Of a DNA stretch of 47,501 nucleotides, positions 38,815 to 47,229 are shown piece after piece. How positions within the stretch are numbered: the first letter of the stretch is position 1; each line of letters starts with the position of its first letter. The position numbers and the translations under genes are program-made. Below the pieces are notes generated by a model. It was not told the origin of the DNA. It searched no databases and worked only from the letters and a program-made list of their open reading frames with translations. The stretch lies in the IMG/VR virus record IMGVR_UViG_3300033067_000394, positions 1 to 47,501 of that record; one strand, written 5' to 3'. The DNA is from a virus (taxonomy: Duplodnaviria; Caudoviricetes).

Positions 38815-41800
38815 TTTTTATTTGTTCGTTTAACTGTTTAATTCTCTCCAATGTATTTGACACCTTAAATATATGTGGATTCATTGAGAGAATAGCCAGT
38901 GGATTATGTTTCTTTTCTCGTTCTTTAATTACAGAGTGTTCTAACTCCTTTAAAGCTAAAGGGTAAATAATATCTGCAGAAACTGCATCAAAGTTTCCTT
39001 TTAGCTCAAATTGAATATATTGCTGAATTGTAAATAAACAAGGATATGTTTCTACAACTCTACATTTTTTTCCATTAAATACAGTATGGCTTAATAACCA
39101 TTCTGAGGTGTCATCAATCATCTCAATTTTATCAATCTGATTGCCAACAGTAACACCGTACTCTAATACTTTATTTTGAAATATTGCGGATCCTTTTTCC
39201 TTATTAGGTCTAAGAGCAAGTAAATGAAGTTTCTTTTTACGCATATAATATCCTCTGCAAGAATCTCCTCGGTTAGCTTCATACCATAATCCTCTATAAG
39301 GATTACCATAATAAGCTAAAAGCTTTTCCTGGTTTTCATAATATGCATCTTTACCTCCTGAGTGTTTACCAATATATGTAGCTACTAAATAATTACCATT
39401 AAACCCTTCCGAAGTATATTTTGGATTTAGAAATACTTTAGTTACACCTAAAGATCCTCCTTCATCAATATTCTCAGAAACATAAGGGTCAAATGTAGCA
39501 ATATACATATCATTTGGAATTTCACCTCTAATTGTTTGAGGCTTCTCATAAATTGCAATCCCACCATCTAACTTTGTAATTGTTCGATCATATGGAAAAG
39601 TATAAAACAATTCTATCTCAGGATCATATTCTGCCCTAACTCCATTTGGAAACTTAGAGTCCCAGATTAATTTAGTAGGTGTTGCAAGAGTTTTGTATTT
39701 CTGATCCTTTAACAACTCTTTCTCTCTTTCTAAGAGTTCAATTTGAGGAAAATATGAACCTTTATTTGATACCCACATATCTGAAGGTATAAGTGGATAG
39801 TTCATCTTTTCATTATACAAAGCTGCAGGATCATCTTTAGCAGCTTCAGTTAATCTTCTTTCCTCATAATATTTAAGTGCTCGTTCAAAATCCGTATTCC
39901 CATTACTATCTTTAAATCTCTTCTCAGTTAAATACGCAGGAATAAACAAACCAATTGGCTTATCAGATTGTTCCCACACATTATCAAATGGTAAGAAATC
40001 ATACTCTAATGGATTATCAAATACTTGTCTTGTCTGTTGAATAAGATCAATATTACCTGAAGTTCCAATACCCAATTGAACGCCAACTTGTTCTGCGTCC
40101 ACAGAAACTACAGCAGTATTAGATAATAAAGCATCTTTAAAGTTTGGCATAAGACCGATCTCTTCATAAAGACACAAAGCTGCCCTACCACCCGCACCTG
40201 CTTGAGTACCATCTTGTTTCTTGTCAGAATAGTTAATATGGTGTAAACTAGTTTTTGTACCTCTGGTTAACCATCCCTGTGGAGTCTCAATTTGATATTC
40301 ATATCTAAGCGGATTTTTAGTATTCCCAGGTTTAGAATCTCCCACCCAATTTCTATAAAATGGAGTGGGTTCATAATCTTTAGTCATTGGATCTCCCCAT
40401 ACACCAAGATCATTATCTGTACCTAAAACATTTAAACCTGTAGTTATTTTGTTAACTAACTCTGCAGATTTACCCGTTATACCCGCACCTAAAATAACCT
40501 TAGTCGTCGGAGGATTATCATAAACCTCTTTAGAAAATTCTTTAATCCCATCAAACGTAAGAGTGTGTGTTGCAATACCCGCACATGAATAACTCTTACC
40601 TCCACCTCTTGAGTTATGAGTAACTGTGTAATCTTCTAATAAGAATAAATTGTCCTGGTCTATCTCAATTCCGTAAAAAGGTCTAACCCCAATAAATTTT
40701 ATATCAATAGAGTTTAGATTTGAACCTTTTCCAAAGCTAGAATTTACTGCTTTTTTTCTCTGAAGTTGGGTAGGAATATTACTAATATCTCCACTTATTC
40801 GTAAATTGTATTTAATTGAATTTGTTATTCCGGAAACAGAAGGCTTATGTATTTTTGCTCTAAATCCTAATGATCTAGCAATATCTTGAAACTGCTTAAG
40901 TAAACTAAGATCTGTATTGGTAATAGTAAATCTACCCTTCTCATATGATCCGTCTGAATCGATCATTCCTGCAAGCAGTTTTAATCTATTACATTCAGAA
41001 TTTATAATATATTCTTGTGGTATATGCTTATTGTTTTGTAACGTTTTTGCAAACCAATTGTTTTTACCTTTCATATTTGGATCTGACCATGAAAATCTCC
41101 ATAGTAATTTCTTGCCTAATCCCCCAAAATAATTGGTAATATAACTTCGGTAGTTTTTCTCCTCAGCGTGATTTTTTAACCATGTTAAAATTTCCAGGTC
41201 ATCATAGGAACCACAAATCATTTTTTCTCTTTTAAATCCATCTCCTAGCCATAGACCTAAAAGATATGGATCCCACATTACTTCTTTATGTGGATATTGA
41301 ACTTTGGCAGAAAGGGCTTCATATTTATAACGAAGTTCTTTTTGGGCTTCATTCTTTTTATCTAAGAAATCACCGACCGATATATTTTTTTCTTTTTCTA
41401 AAATTATCGCCTTTCCCTTAATTCTTGTATAATTTTTTTCTCGTAACCTTAAAAGATGTGTATCAGTGGCCTGAAAGCTTTCTCCGTATCTAGTGGATAT
41501 GTTATATAATGGAGCATTTGAATTAAATATATTTAATACATTTCTTTCTTTAGAATCTGGCCCCATTAATTTATCTCCAACAGATATATCCTGCACACAT
41601 TTAACTGATCCATCAAACATTCTTACTTTAACATCTTCTCCTAAACATCCAAGTAACATTAAATTATAAGCACGATTATAATATAATGGCCTGCCAAAAT
41701 TATCATCGTGTACTCTTTTTAAATAACTTCTTGGATGCTCATATGTTTTTCTTTTACCAGATTTTGAGTGAAGATCATTAAACCTCATCTTGTCAGACAT

Positions 41801-42211
41801 GGTTTCAGATCTTTCCAACTCTTCATATAACTCTGGTTTAACCAATGCTATATCACAAGATATTTTATCATCATTTTTAAATCCAGAAAAACCTTGTGCC
41901 TCAATAAAAGAATAGTGAATTAACCAGTCTAAATCTCTTACTGCAGGTTTAACAAATGTTCTAATTTTTTTATTTTTATCAGTATCTTCTAACTTGAAGA
42001 AGTTACCATAAAAGAAAAGTGTTGGTGGCATAAATCTCCATCCACCATTATCATATGCCCAAAATCCTTCAATACACCATTTCATGTATTGTGTCCACAA
42101 CTTTGTATATTGTGGATTATCTGGATGAATCTGCGGCACAGTAACTAAAAAAGATTGACGATTCTCAATTCGTATCAAATCTTTTTTCAGAATTTCTATA
42201 TCTGTTATCAT
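38804..42211 (-). CDS. terL: Terminase large subunit containing an intein (mature about 790 aa)
   Basis: After intein removal the Walker A region reads LMLLG-SRGGGKSY. Walker B LCLYEEIG, motif GIGTSG, GLFIPAY, nuclease domain YIATFDPY and WYEANRG. Confidence 0.9.
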   Translation of the reverse strand: MITDIEILKKDLIRIENRQSFLVTVPQIHPDNPQYTKLWTQYMKWCIEGFWAYDNGGWRFMPPTLFFYGNFFKLEDTDKNKKIRTFVKPAVRDLDWLIHYSFIEAQGFSGFKNDDKISCDIALVKPELYEELERSETMSDKMRFNDLHSKSGKRKTYEHPRSYLKRVHDDNFGRPLYYNRAYNLMLLGCLGEDVKVRMFDGSVKCVQDISVGDKLMGPDSKERNVLNIFNSNAPLYNISTRYGESFQATDTHLLRLREKNYTRIKGKAIILEKEKNISVGDFLDKKNEAQKELRYKYEALSAKVQYPHKEVMWDPYLLGLWLGDGFKREKMICGSYDDLEILTWLKNHAEEKNYRSYITNYFGGLGKKLLWRFSWSDPNMKGKNNWFAKTLQNNKHIPQEYIINSECNRLKLLAGMIDSDGSYEKGRFTITNTDLSLLKQFQDIARSLGFRAKIHKPSVSGITNSIKYNLRISGDISNIPTQLQRKKAVNSSFGKGSNLNSIDIKFIGVRPFYGIEIDQDNLFLLEDYTVTHNSRGGGKSYSCAGIATHTLTFDGIKEFSKEVYDNPPTTKVILGAGITGKSAELVNKITTGLNVLGTDNDLGVWGDPMTKDYEPTPFYRNWVGDSKPGNTKNPLRYEYQIETPQGWLTRGTKTSLHHINYSDKKQDGTQAGAGGRAALCLYEEIGLMPNFKDALLSNTAVVSVDAEQVGVQLGIGTSGNIDLIQQTRQVFDNPLEYDFLPFDNVWEQSDKPIGLFIPAYLTEKRFKDSNGNTDFERALKYYEERRLTEAAKDDPAALYNEKMNYPLIPSDMWVSNKGSYFPQIELLEREKELLKDQKYKTLATPTKLIWDSKFPNGVRAEYDPEIELFYTFPYDRTITKLDGGIAIYEKPQTIRGEIPNDMYIATFDPYVSENIDEGGSLGVTKVFLNPKYTSEGFNGNYLVATYIGKHSGGKDAYYENQEKLLAYYGNPYRGLWYEANRGDSCRGYYMRKKKLHLLALRPNKEKGSAIFQNKVLEYGVTVGNQIDKIEMIDDTSEWLLSHTVFNGKKCRVVETYPCLFTIQQYIQFELKGNFDAVSADIIYPLALKELEHSVIKEREKKHNPLAILSMNPHIFKVSNTLERIKQLNEQIKNET
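40613..41647 (-). mobile_element. Intein (345 aa) with LAGLIDADG endonuclease in TerL
   Basis: Starts C-LGEDVKVRMFDGS, block B TDTHLL, endonuclease motifs PYLLGLWLGDG and LLAGMIDSDG, ends FLLEDYTVTHN followed by Ser+1. Confidence 0.93.
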
Positions 42212-42549
42212 TTTGTCATTTCTCCGACAATATATTGCAACATATATGCAAATGCTTCCGAGGATTTTCTACCATGTTTTATACCAACATGGTCCATCAT
42301 AAATTCAGTAGCGTGAAATGCTTCGTGAACAATAATGGGAATATGCTGAATATAATCTTTATGTAAATAGATCCAAACATCTCCATCAAGATCTCCAACA
42401 GTGGTTCCAGGATCAGAGTAATTAAAATGATCTAAGGCATTGCTATCTGGCTTGTTATCCAAAAAATATTTTTGAACATCTGCTGGATCATCTCCGTAAA
42501 ACACTGTAATGATTACAGGATAAATATTATTTTGAATTACCTTCGCCAT
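42208..42549 (-). CDS. Small HExxH zincin-like protein
   Basis: IIVHEAFHATEF...SEAFAYMLQY; ATG start at 42549 (MAKVIQ) preferred over the track's TTG. Confidence 0.7.
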   Translation of the reverse strand: MAKVIQNNIYPVIITVFYGDDPADVQKYFLDNKPDSNALDHFNYSDPGTTVGDLDGDVWIYLHKDYIQHIPIIVHEAFHATEFMMDHVGIKHGRKSSEAFAYMLQYIVGEMTK

Positions 42550-42685
42550 AGAATTCTTCGTCTGCAATATATTTATCAATTTGTTTAATCAAATTATCTG
42601 CTTGCTGTTTAATATTTCCAAGTGAATAATTACTCAAAAATACGGCTAATCTTCTACAAGCTCTCAATATTTCTAGTTTCTCCAT
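42527..42685 (-). CDS. Small hypothetical protein (52 aa)
   Basis: Manual translation MEKLEILRACRRLAVFLSNYSLGNIKQQADNLIKQIDKYIADEEFYGEGNSK fills the gap between neighbouring genes. Confidence 0.55.
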   Translation of the reverse strand: MEKLEILRACRRLAVFLSNYSLGNIKQQADNLIKQIDKYIADEEFYGEGNSK

Positions 42686-42703
42686 CTAGCAGTGTATATT
42701 TGT

Positions 42704-43093
42704 CTATTTTAGAATTGCGAGTTTATAAATTGTAGAATTGTAAATCTCGCATGCATCATCAATCAACTGAATTAAATCCCCTTCAGAGAATTGTGATCTC
42801 AATTGTAAAAGTTCTTGTTTCTGAGCTTTTAAAAAACTTAGAATATCTCCAGTATTTAATTTTCCAAGATCAAATCCTGACATTGGGGATAATGTATATC
42901 CCATACTTGTTTCCGCAAATGAATCTGCAACATCAACAATCGCTGAATAAAATTCATCAAGTGCTTTGTGTGCAGGATATTCTCTAGTTGCAAGATGTGC
43001 CATATGTGCATTTGTTCTTGCATTAAACAATAAATTCACAACTTGTGTGTACTTCTTAGCAGGAGCCAAAGCCTGCATGATTGGGTTTGCCAT
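42704..43093 (-). CDS. Ferritin-like / Dps-like protein (DUF5856-type)
   Basis: HMAHL...YPAHKALDEFY......DSFAE...G and C-terminal IDD.......YKL, the Dps-like four-helix bundle pattern. Confidence 0.8.
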   Translation of the reverse strand: MANPIMQALAPAKKYTQVVNLLFNARTNAHMAHLATREYPAHKALDEFYSAIVDVADSFAETSMGYTLSPMSGFDLGKLNTGDILSFLKAQKQELLQLRSQFSEGDLIQLIDDACEIYNSTIYKLAILK

Positions 43094-43094
43094 G

Positions 43095-43424
43095 TTATAT
43101 ATTAAAGCCTAATACCCGAATTACTTTCGGAATTTGTTTTTTAAAACTATCTACGAAATATTCAATATCCCAATAAATAGCAGTTCTATCTGATTTACAT
43201 TCAAATCTACGATAGACTACACCACCATTAATGATAGAGAATTGACATTCGTTACAGTAAGTAATAAGTAACTTACATTCTACAGTATCCATGATCTCTG
43301 TGCCAATCCACTCTTCATTAGAGTATTGTTCTGGAAACGGATTCATCTTAATTGAGAATGTCTCTGTTTGAGAATAAGTTAACGTTGAAATTAACAATAA
43401 TATTGTTGTAATTAATATTTTCAT
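43095..43424 (-). CDS. Small exported protein
   Basis: Bacteroidota-style signal peptide MKILITTILLLISTLTYSQ. Confidence 0.6.
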   Translation of the reverse strand: MKILITTILLLISTLTYSQTETFSIKMNPFPEQYSNEEWIGTEIMDTVECKLLITYCNECQFSIINGGVVYRRFECKSDRTAIYWDIEYFVDSFKKQIPKVIRVLGFNI

Positions 43425-43975
43425 TCTGTTGGGGTAATTAATCCTCGTTCTCTAGCAGTTTGTTTACGGCCACCAAGAACTCGCTGTTCTGATTTATTTT
43501 TTTGAAACATCTTATCAAGCTTATCAAAGTCTTGATAAATCTTAGGCAACTTTGCCTTTAAATCAATAATCTCTTTTGCATTCTCCAGAGTAATTGGTTG
43601 TTTAGATAAAAATGTAGAAATCTGAATAAGTTGATCCTTATCCAACTTATAAGATCTTTCCACAGCATCCATACATAAGAATGGATACTTTTCAAGTGCA
43701 TCTAAAATAAGTGGATGATTTTCATCAAAATCAGGATTAAAGTTCTTACATATGCTCAGTCTCTCATCTGGATCAGTAATTCGATAATATTTATTTACAT
43801 CCTCATCAGGATCTACCATCCAGATAATGCACCACATGTCTTTTGATGATTTACTTTTATCCTTTGTTTTATCAGCATTATACATGCTAAAGAAAGGTTC
43901 AACATAAATCATGTGTGGATTTAATTCCCAGAAATTTCCAGTCTGAGTTTTATTTATTGTTGTAAAACTACTCAT
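43421..43975 (-). CDS. Conserved hypothetical protein upstream of terminase (possible small terminase)
   Basis: 184 aa with FWELNP...DKTKDKSKS and a helical C-terminus; TerS role inferred from position only. Confidence 0.4.
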   Translation of the reverse strand: MSSFTTINKTQTGNFWELNPHMIYVEPFFSMYNADKTKDKSKSSKDMWCIIWMVDPDEDVNKYYRITDPDERLSICKNFNPDFDENHPLILDALEKYPFLCMDAVERSYKLDKDQLIQISTFLSKQPITLENAKEIIDLKAKLPKIYQDFDKLDKMFQKNKSEQRVLGGRKQTARERGLITPTE

Positions 43976-44264
43976 ATTTCTGCAGCATGTCTTTTACTAA
44001 ATTCCGATTAATATATTCTTCTAGCAAACTCTTTTCAAGATTATTCATTTCATCAAATGATGAAACTAAATGTTCATACCCATATTGATAAAGCAAAAGA
44101 CCATTACCTTTAATTGGTCTTTTGCTTGAAATATGATCTCCATCATACCATAATTCAACATCTTCATTTCTAAGATATTGAATTAATGCATCCATCATAC
44201 ATGGGTGAGTAGTCTTTTTTCTTTCGGTTAATAAAACAATGATGATCTCTTTAATTATGTCCAT
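43968..44264 (-). CDS. Hypothetical protein
   Basis: 98-aa ORF tightly packed in the operon. Confidence 0.6.
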   Translation of the reverse strand: MDIIKEIIIVLLTERKKTTHPCMMDALIQYLRNEDVELWYDGDHISSKRPIKGNGLLLYQYGYEHLVSSFDEMNNLEKSLLEEYINRNLVKDMLQKYE

Positions 44265-44272
44265 ATAATTAT

Positions 44273-44791
44273 TTACACTGTATTAGCAATTCTGTTATTA
44301 TCTTTGATTCTATTTTGTTCTTCCAAAAAAGCTTGATAGTGTTTGACAGCTAAATTATTAAAATATTCCGTCATCTTATCTAAAGAGTTCAGTTTTGCAA
44401 CTTCTTCCAATCCCTGGGAATACTCTTCTGGAAATAAATTTTTATCTATCGAATACCAGTATCCTCTGAATTTTACACCAATTAATTCTAATTGACAAGC
44501 TATTTGCTCTTTAGAAATCATAGTATAATCTGGATTGCCTTTTACCATTGGTTGCACAGGAGGCACATTATAAAAAGTATCCATCTTATTAAAATCAATA
44601 TCAATAAAATTCGACCAATCATTCGCCCATCTTCTTTTTGGAAACTGTGGATCAATATTTGGATATTTAACTAGAGTGTCGGTAACAAATTTAATTTCAG
44701 AAATATATAATTGGTCAGAACTTGACAATTTTGGCCACAAATACTCAAGCAGATCTTGATATTTCTTTACCAATTTTACGTAATCGTTCAT
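44273..44791 (-). CDS. Hypothetical protein
   Basis: 172-aa ORF with ATGA overlap to the upstream gene. Confidence 0.65.
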   Translation of the reverse strand: MNDYVKLVKKYQDLLEYLWPKLSSSDQLYISEIKFVTDTLVKYPNIDPQFPKRRWANDWSNFIDIDFNKMDTFYNVPPVQPMVKGNPDYTMISKEQIACQLELIGVKFRGYWYSIDKNLFPEEYSQGLEEVAKLNSLDKMTEYFNNLAVKHYQAFLEEQNRIKDNNRIANTV

Positions 44792-45063
44792 ACCTGAATA
44801 TAAGCAGTTAAAGTTAAATCATCCAATGTATCATCATCATAAATCACCATTACAACCTTATTGCTTTGATAAGATTGAACAGGATCTTTCTTTATATTCC
44901 ACTTGAGTTGTAAACAGTTTCCCTCAAGTTTATATCCTACACAATTACAGGTAGGTTCTATCTCTTTAATAGGCTTAGTGCCCAAGTATTCAAACTCTGT
45001 TTTAAGAACTGAACCCCTAGGCACTACACCAAAATCATGTATTTGTTTATCCCAATTCACCAT
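44788..45063 (-). CDS. DUF1573-like Ig-fold protein
   Basis: HDFGVV...EFEY.G.KPI..IEPTCNC...NK.V.V......LTLTA resembles Bacteroidota DUF1573 (DFG.I...F...G..PL....SCGC). Confidence 0.65.
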   Translation of the reverse strand: MVNWDKQIHDFGVVPRGSVLKTEFEYLGTKPIKEIEPTCNCVGYKLEGNCLQLKWNIKKDPVQSYQSNKVVMVIYDDDTLDDLTLTAYIQV

Positions 45064-45128
45064 CAGGTAATACTATTTTAACTTGTGAGCAGTATGAAAA
45101 TTGGTTGGAACTACTTCATCTATATCCA

Positions 45129-45719
45129 TTATAGTTTAGCTTTAACCTCGTGATACTGAATAAGAGCATAACCATAGTGCTGATTTGTAACATCCGTAGG
45201 AATATCATGCAACATTGAATCTGGGTGTACAAAACCTTGATCTACTTGAAGTTTAGCATTTGCTCCAGTGCCAATAATATTCATAGTAATTGCTCTGCGT
45301 GAAAGCATGATTACATCTCCAGGTTTAAGCTGATTACTTTCTGGAGCAGAAACAACTACCGCAGTAAGTTTATATGGGTAATCAGATTCAATATCCATAT
45401 ACTTGCCTTGACCAGCGTTTGTTGGAGCTGGAATAGCTTGCTTGAATGGCATCACTAAATTACCAACAAGAACAGGTTCGTGAAGATAAAATCTTACTAA
45501 GATCTCATGGAGAGGTTTAATTGAAGAATAAAGTGGATCCAAGTTTGTCAGGTTCTTATTGTAATCCTGAACTTGTTTCCTATAATCTTCTGTGTACTTG
45601 AAAGCATGAATATTGCTTTGTGCGACTGCAGTTTGTTTTGCAAGTGGATCTTGATTCTCTTTAATAAAATCAAGCATTGTACTTTTACTTTTTGGTTTGT
45701 TTTTTCTTAACTGACTCAT
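45129..45719 (-). CDS. Divergent GroES-like co-chaperonin with N-terminal extension
   Basis: IKPLHEILVR (cf. GroES IRPLHDRVIVK), LVGNLVMP (mobile-loop-like), AVVVSAP...LKPGDVIML (cf. GEVLAVG...VKVGDIVIF), terminal YALIQYHEVKAKL (cf. LIMSESDILAIV). Confidence 0.6.
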   Translation of the reverse strand: MSQLRKNKPKSKSTMLDFIKENQDPLAKQTAVAQSNIHAFKYTEDYRKQVQDYNKNLTNLDPLYSSIKPLHEILVRFYLHEPVLVGNLVMPFKQAIPAPTNAGQGKYMDIESDYPYKLTAVVVSAPESNQLKPGDVIMLSRRAITMNIIGTGANAKLQVDQGFVHPDSMLHDIPTDVTNQHYGYALIQYHEVKAKL

Positions 45720-45978
45720 TTCTTTTGTACTTTTTTACGTTTTCTAAAATCTGTTGTTTAAGTTCTACATTAAACTCAGACTTGGTTAATGATTCTTCGA
45801 GTTTTAAATCTTTAATCTTAAAGACAAGGAAGTTCTCGATTACAATTCCTCCTTTACAATTTTCTGGATGTCTAAGCAACTCTCTTAATCCATCATGAAA
45901 AGATTGACAAATCCTATAAACCTTTTCTGGATTTTTTCGTAGTTCTCTTGCTACCTCCAACGCTAAGGCTTTTTGCAT
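45685..45978 (-). CDS. HU/IHF-like DNA-binding protein
   Basis: LALEVARELRKNPEKVYRICQSFHDGLRELL...IVIENFLVF follows the HU helix-helix-strand pattern. Confidence 0.55.
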   Translation of the reverse strand: MQKALALEVARELRKNPEKVYRICQSFHDGLRELLRHPENCKGGIVIENFLVFKIKDLKLEESLTKSEFNVELKQQILENVKKYKRNESVKKKQTKK

Positions 45979-46243
45979 AGTTATGTAATTCTTTTAAATA
46001 GTTTTCCATTCCAGCATCTCCTGTAAACATCCCGGGAGCTATTTCCCATGAACTGTACTCTACACCATCTTCTGTCCAAGTATAATGTTTGGGCGTAAAG
46101 TGCAATAGTCTCTTACGATCTTTTTGAATGTCTTTTTGAATATCTTTTAAAAAATTATATAAATCATTTATAGAAAGAGATTGATTTAATTCATTTCCAT
46201 GCTCCTTAACTATTTTTCTCCATCCCATCTTTCCCAAAATCAA
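45914..46243 (-). CDS. Hypothetical protein
   Basis: ORF track; start uncertain and it overlaps both neighbours. Confidence 0.5.
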   Translation of the reverse strand: MILGKMGWRKIVKEHGNELNQSLSINDLYNFLKDIQKDIQKDRKRLLHFTPKHYTWTEDGVEYSSWEIAPGMFTGDAGMENYLKELHNYAKSLSVGGSKRTTKKSRKGL

Positions 46244-46418
46244 AGGTTTCTATTTTATGTGTTTCTAAAGTAATCTCGTCTTTAAATTCATGATACTCTG
46301 GAAGTTTATTCCAATCTTCTTCTGTACCATTGAAATTAAAACCCGGGTTAACAGTTACTTTTGTAATAATTTGTTTACCTTCAAATACTATATTCCTACC
46401 TTCTTTAAATATCTTCAT
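46206..46418 (-). CDS. Hypothetical protein
   Basis: 70-aa ORF with ATGA overlap. Confidence 0.6.
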   Translation of the reverse strand: MKIFKEGRNIVFEGKQIITKVTVNPGFNFNGTEEDWNKLPEYHEFKDEITLETHKIETFDFGKDGMEKNS

Positions 46419-46603
46419 ACAATTAGTATTTGAGAAGATGTAACAATCTCGATCTTCATATTATGAAGAACATTCAAATGTCTATCAGCTTCTAACTCTT
46501 TTACTAAGGCATTAAAATTTGCCACATTTAAAAATATAATTCTTGGAATTCTTCTCTTTTGTAGAAAATCTAATTCCATTTCAATTATTCTATCCAGTAC
46601 CAT
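46415..46603 (-). CDS. Hypothetical protein
   Basis: ATG at 46603 (MVLDRII) preferred over the track's TTG. Confidence 0.55.
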   Translation of the reverse strand: MVLDRIIEMELDFLQKRRIPRIIFLNVANFNALVKELEADRHLNVLHNMKIEIVTSSQILIV

Positions 46604-46781
46604 TTTTATACGTTTTATTATACCATTCCTCAAAACTTGCTTCTTCAAAATCAAATCCTGCCTGATATGCTTTTTCTAAATCTTGTTTAATAAACACCCT
46701 CTTAGTTTCTAAATCTTTAGCAGATAATTTCTCTCCAGACTGGAGATCAAGAATATACATTTCAAAATCTTTATCCTTCAT
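46590..46781 (-). CDS. Hypothetical protein
   Basis: 63 aa ending KAYQAGF...FEEWYNKTY, a motif common in small Bacteroidota phage proteins. Confidence 0.6.
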   Translation of the reverse strand: MKDKDFEMYILDLQSGEKLSAKDLETKRVFIKQDLEKAYQAGFDFEEASFEEWYNKTYKNGTG

Positions 46782-47103
46782 TTGTAATTCGTAAGTTAGA
46801 AATTAACGTTATAGTATCTGTAAACTTATCCTTATATGCTTTAGTAAGATCGGATAAATCTTTATCTTTCATTAAGCCTTTTTCATTTAACTTCTTAATA
46901 ACTGGAGCAAGATTATTCTTACCTATAGTAGTCGGAGTATCTGAACACAAACTGCTCAATAACTCTATCTCATTATCGGAAAGCGTTTTAGATACTCTAA
47001 CCTGAAATATCCTAAAGAATATCTCAAAAAACCTTTTCTTGGTCACCAGAATCTCTTCTTCTGGATTTTGATTAATCTGTTGTTTTAGTAAATTAATTTT
47101 CAT
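46771..47103 (-). CDS. Putative winged-helix DNA-binding protein
   Basis: LSDNEIELLSSL...KNNLAPVIKKLNEKGLM, a MarR/wHTH-like pattern. Confidence 0.5.
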   Translation of the reverse strand: MKINLLKQQINQNPEEEILVTKKRFFEIFFRIFQVRVSKTLSDNEIELLSSLCSDTPTTIGKNNLAPVIKKLNEKGLMKDKDLSDLTKAYKDKFTDTITLISNLRITNEG

Positions 47104-47109
47104 TTTCTA

Positions 47110-47229
47110 TCAGTTCTGTGCACAAGCATAGTTGTAAGATTTAGTCAAAGCTTGCCCATTTGGAGCAAACAATATAAAATAATATTTTCCTGCTTTAGTT
47201 TTGTAGATTTTAAACTTTTCCTGTTTCAT
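47110..47229 (-). CDS. Short or truncated DUF1508 (YegP)-like ORF
   Basis: Manual translation MKQEKFKIYKTKAGKYYFILFAPNGQALTKSYNYACAQN*, similar to the YegP pattern KFEIYKDKAG...F.L.A.NGQ.I..SE.Y. Confidence 0.5.
   Translation of the reverse strand: MKQEKFKIYKTKAGKYYFILFAPNGQALTKSYNYACAQN

Noticed and set aside
1-42211. Active stop-codon reassignment (TAG=Gln or TGA=Trp) as in some crAss-like phages
   Set aside because: Multi-kilobase ORFs are uninterrupted in code 11, and TGA terminates genes at ATGA overlaps.
1450-45898. All plus-strand ORFs in the track (e.g. 2881-3192, 25068-25511, 32874-33335)
   Set aside because: They are antisense shadows of long, motif-bearing minus-strand genes, mostly with non-ATG starts and no recognisable motifs.
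46118-46147. 12-nt tandem repeat encoding KDIQKDIQKD
   Set aside because: Only about 2.5 copies inside a small hypothetical gene; ordinary slippage.
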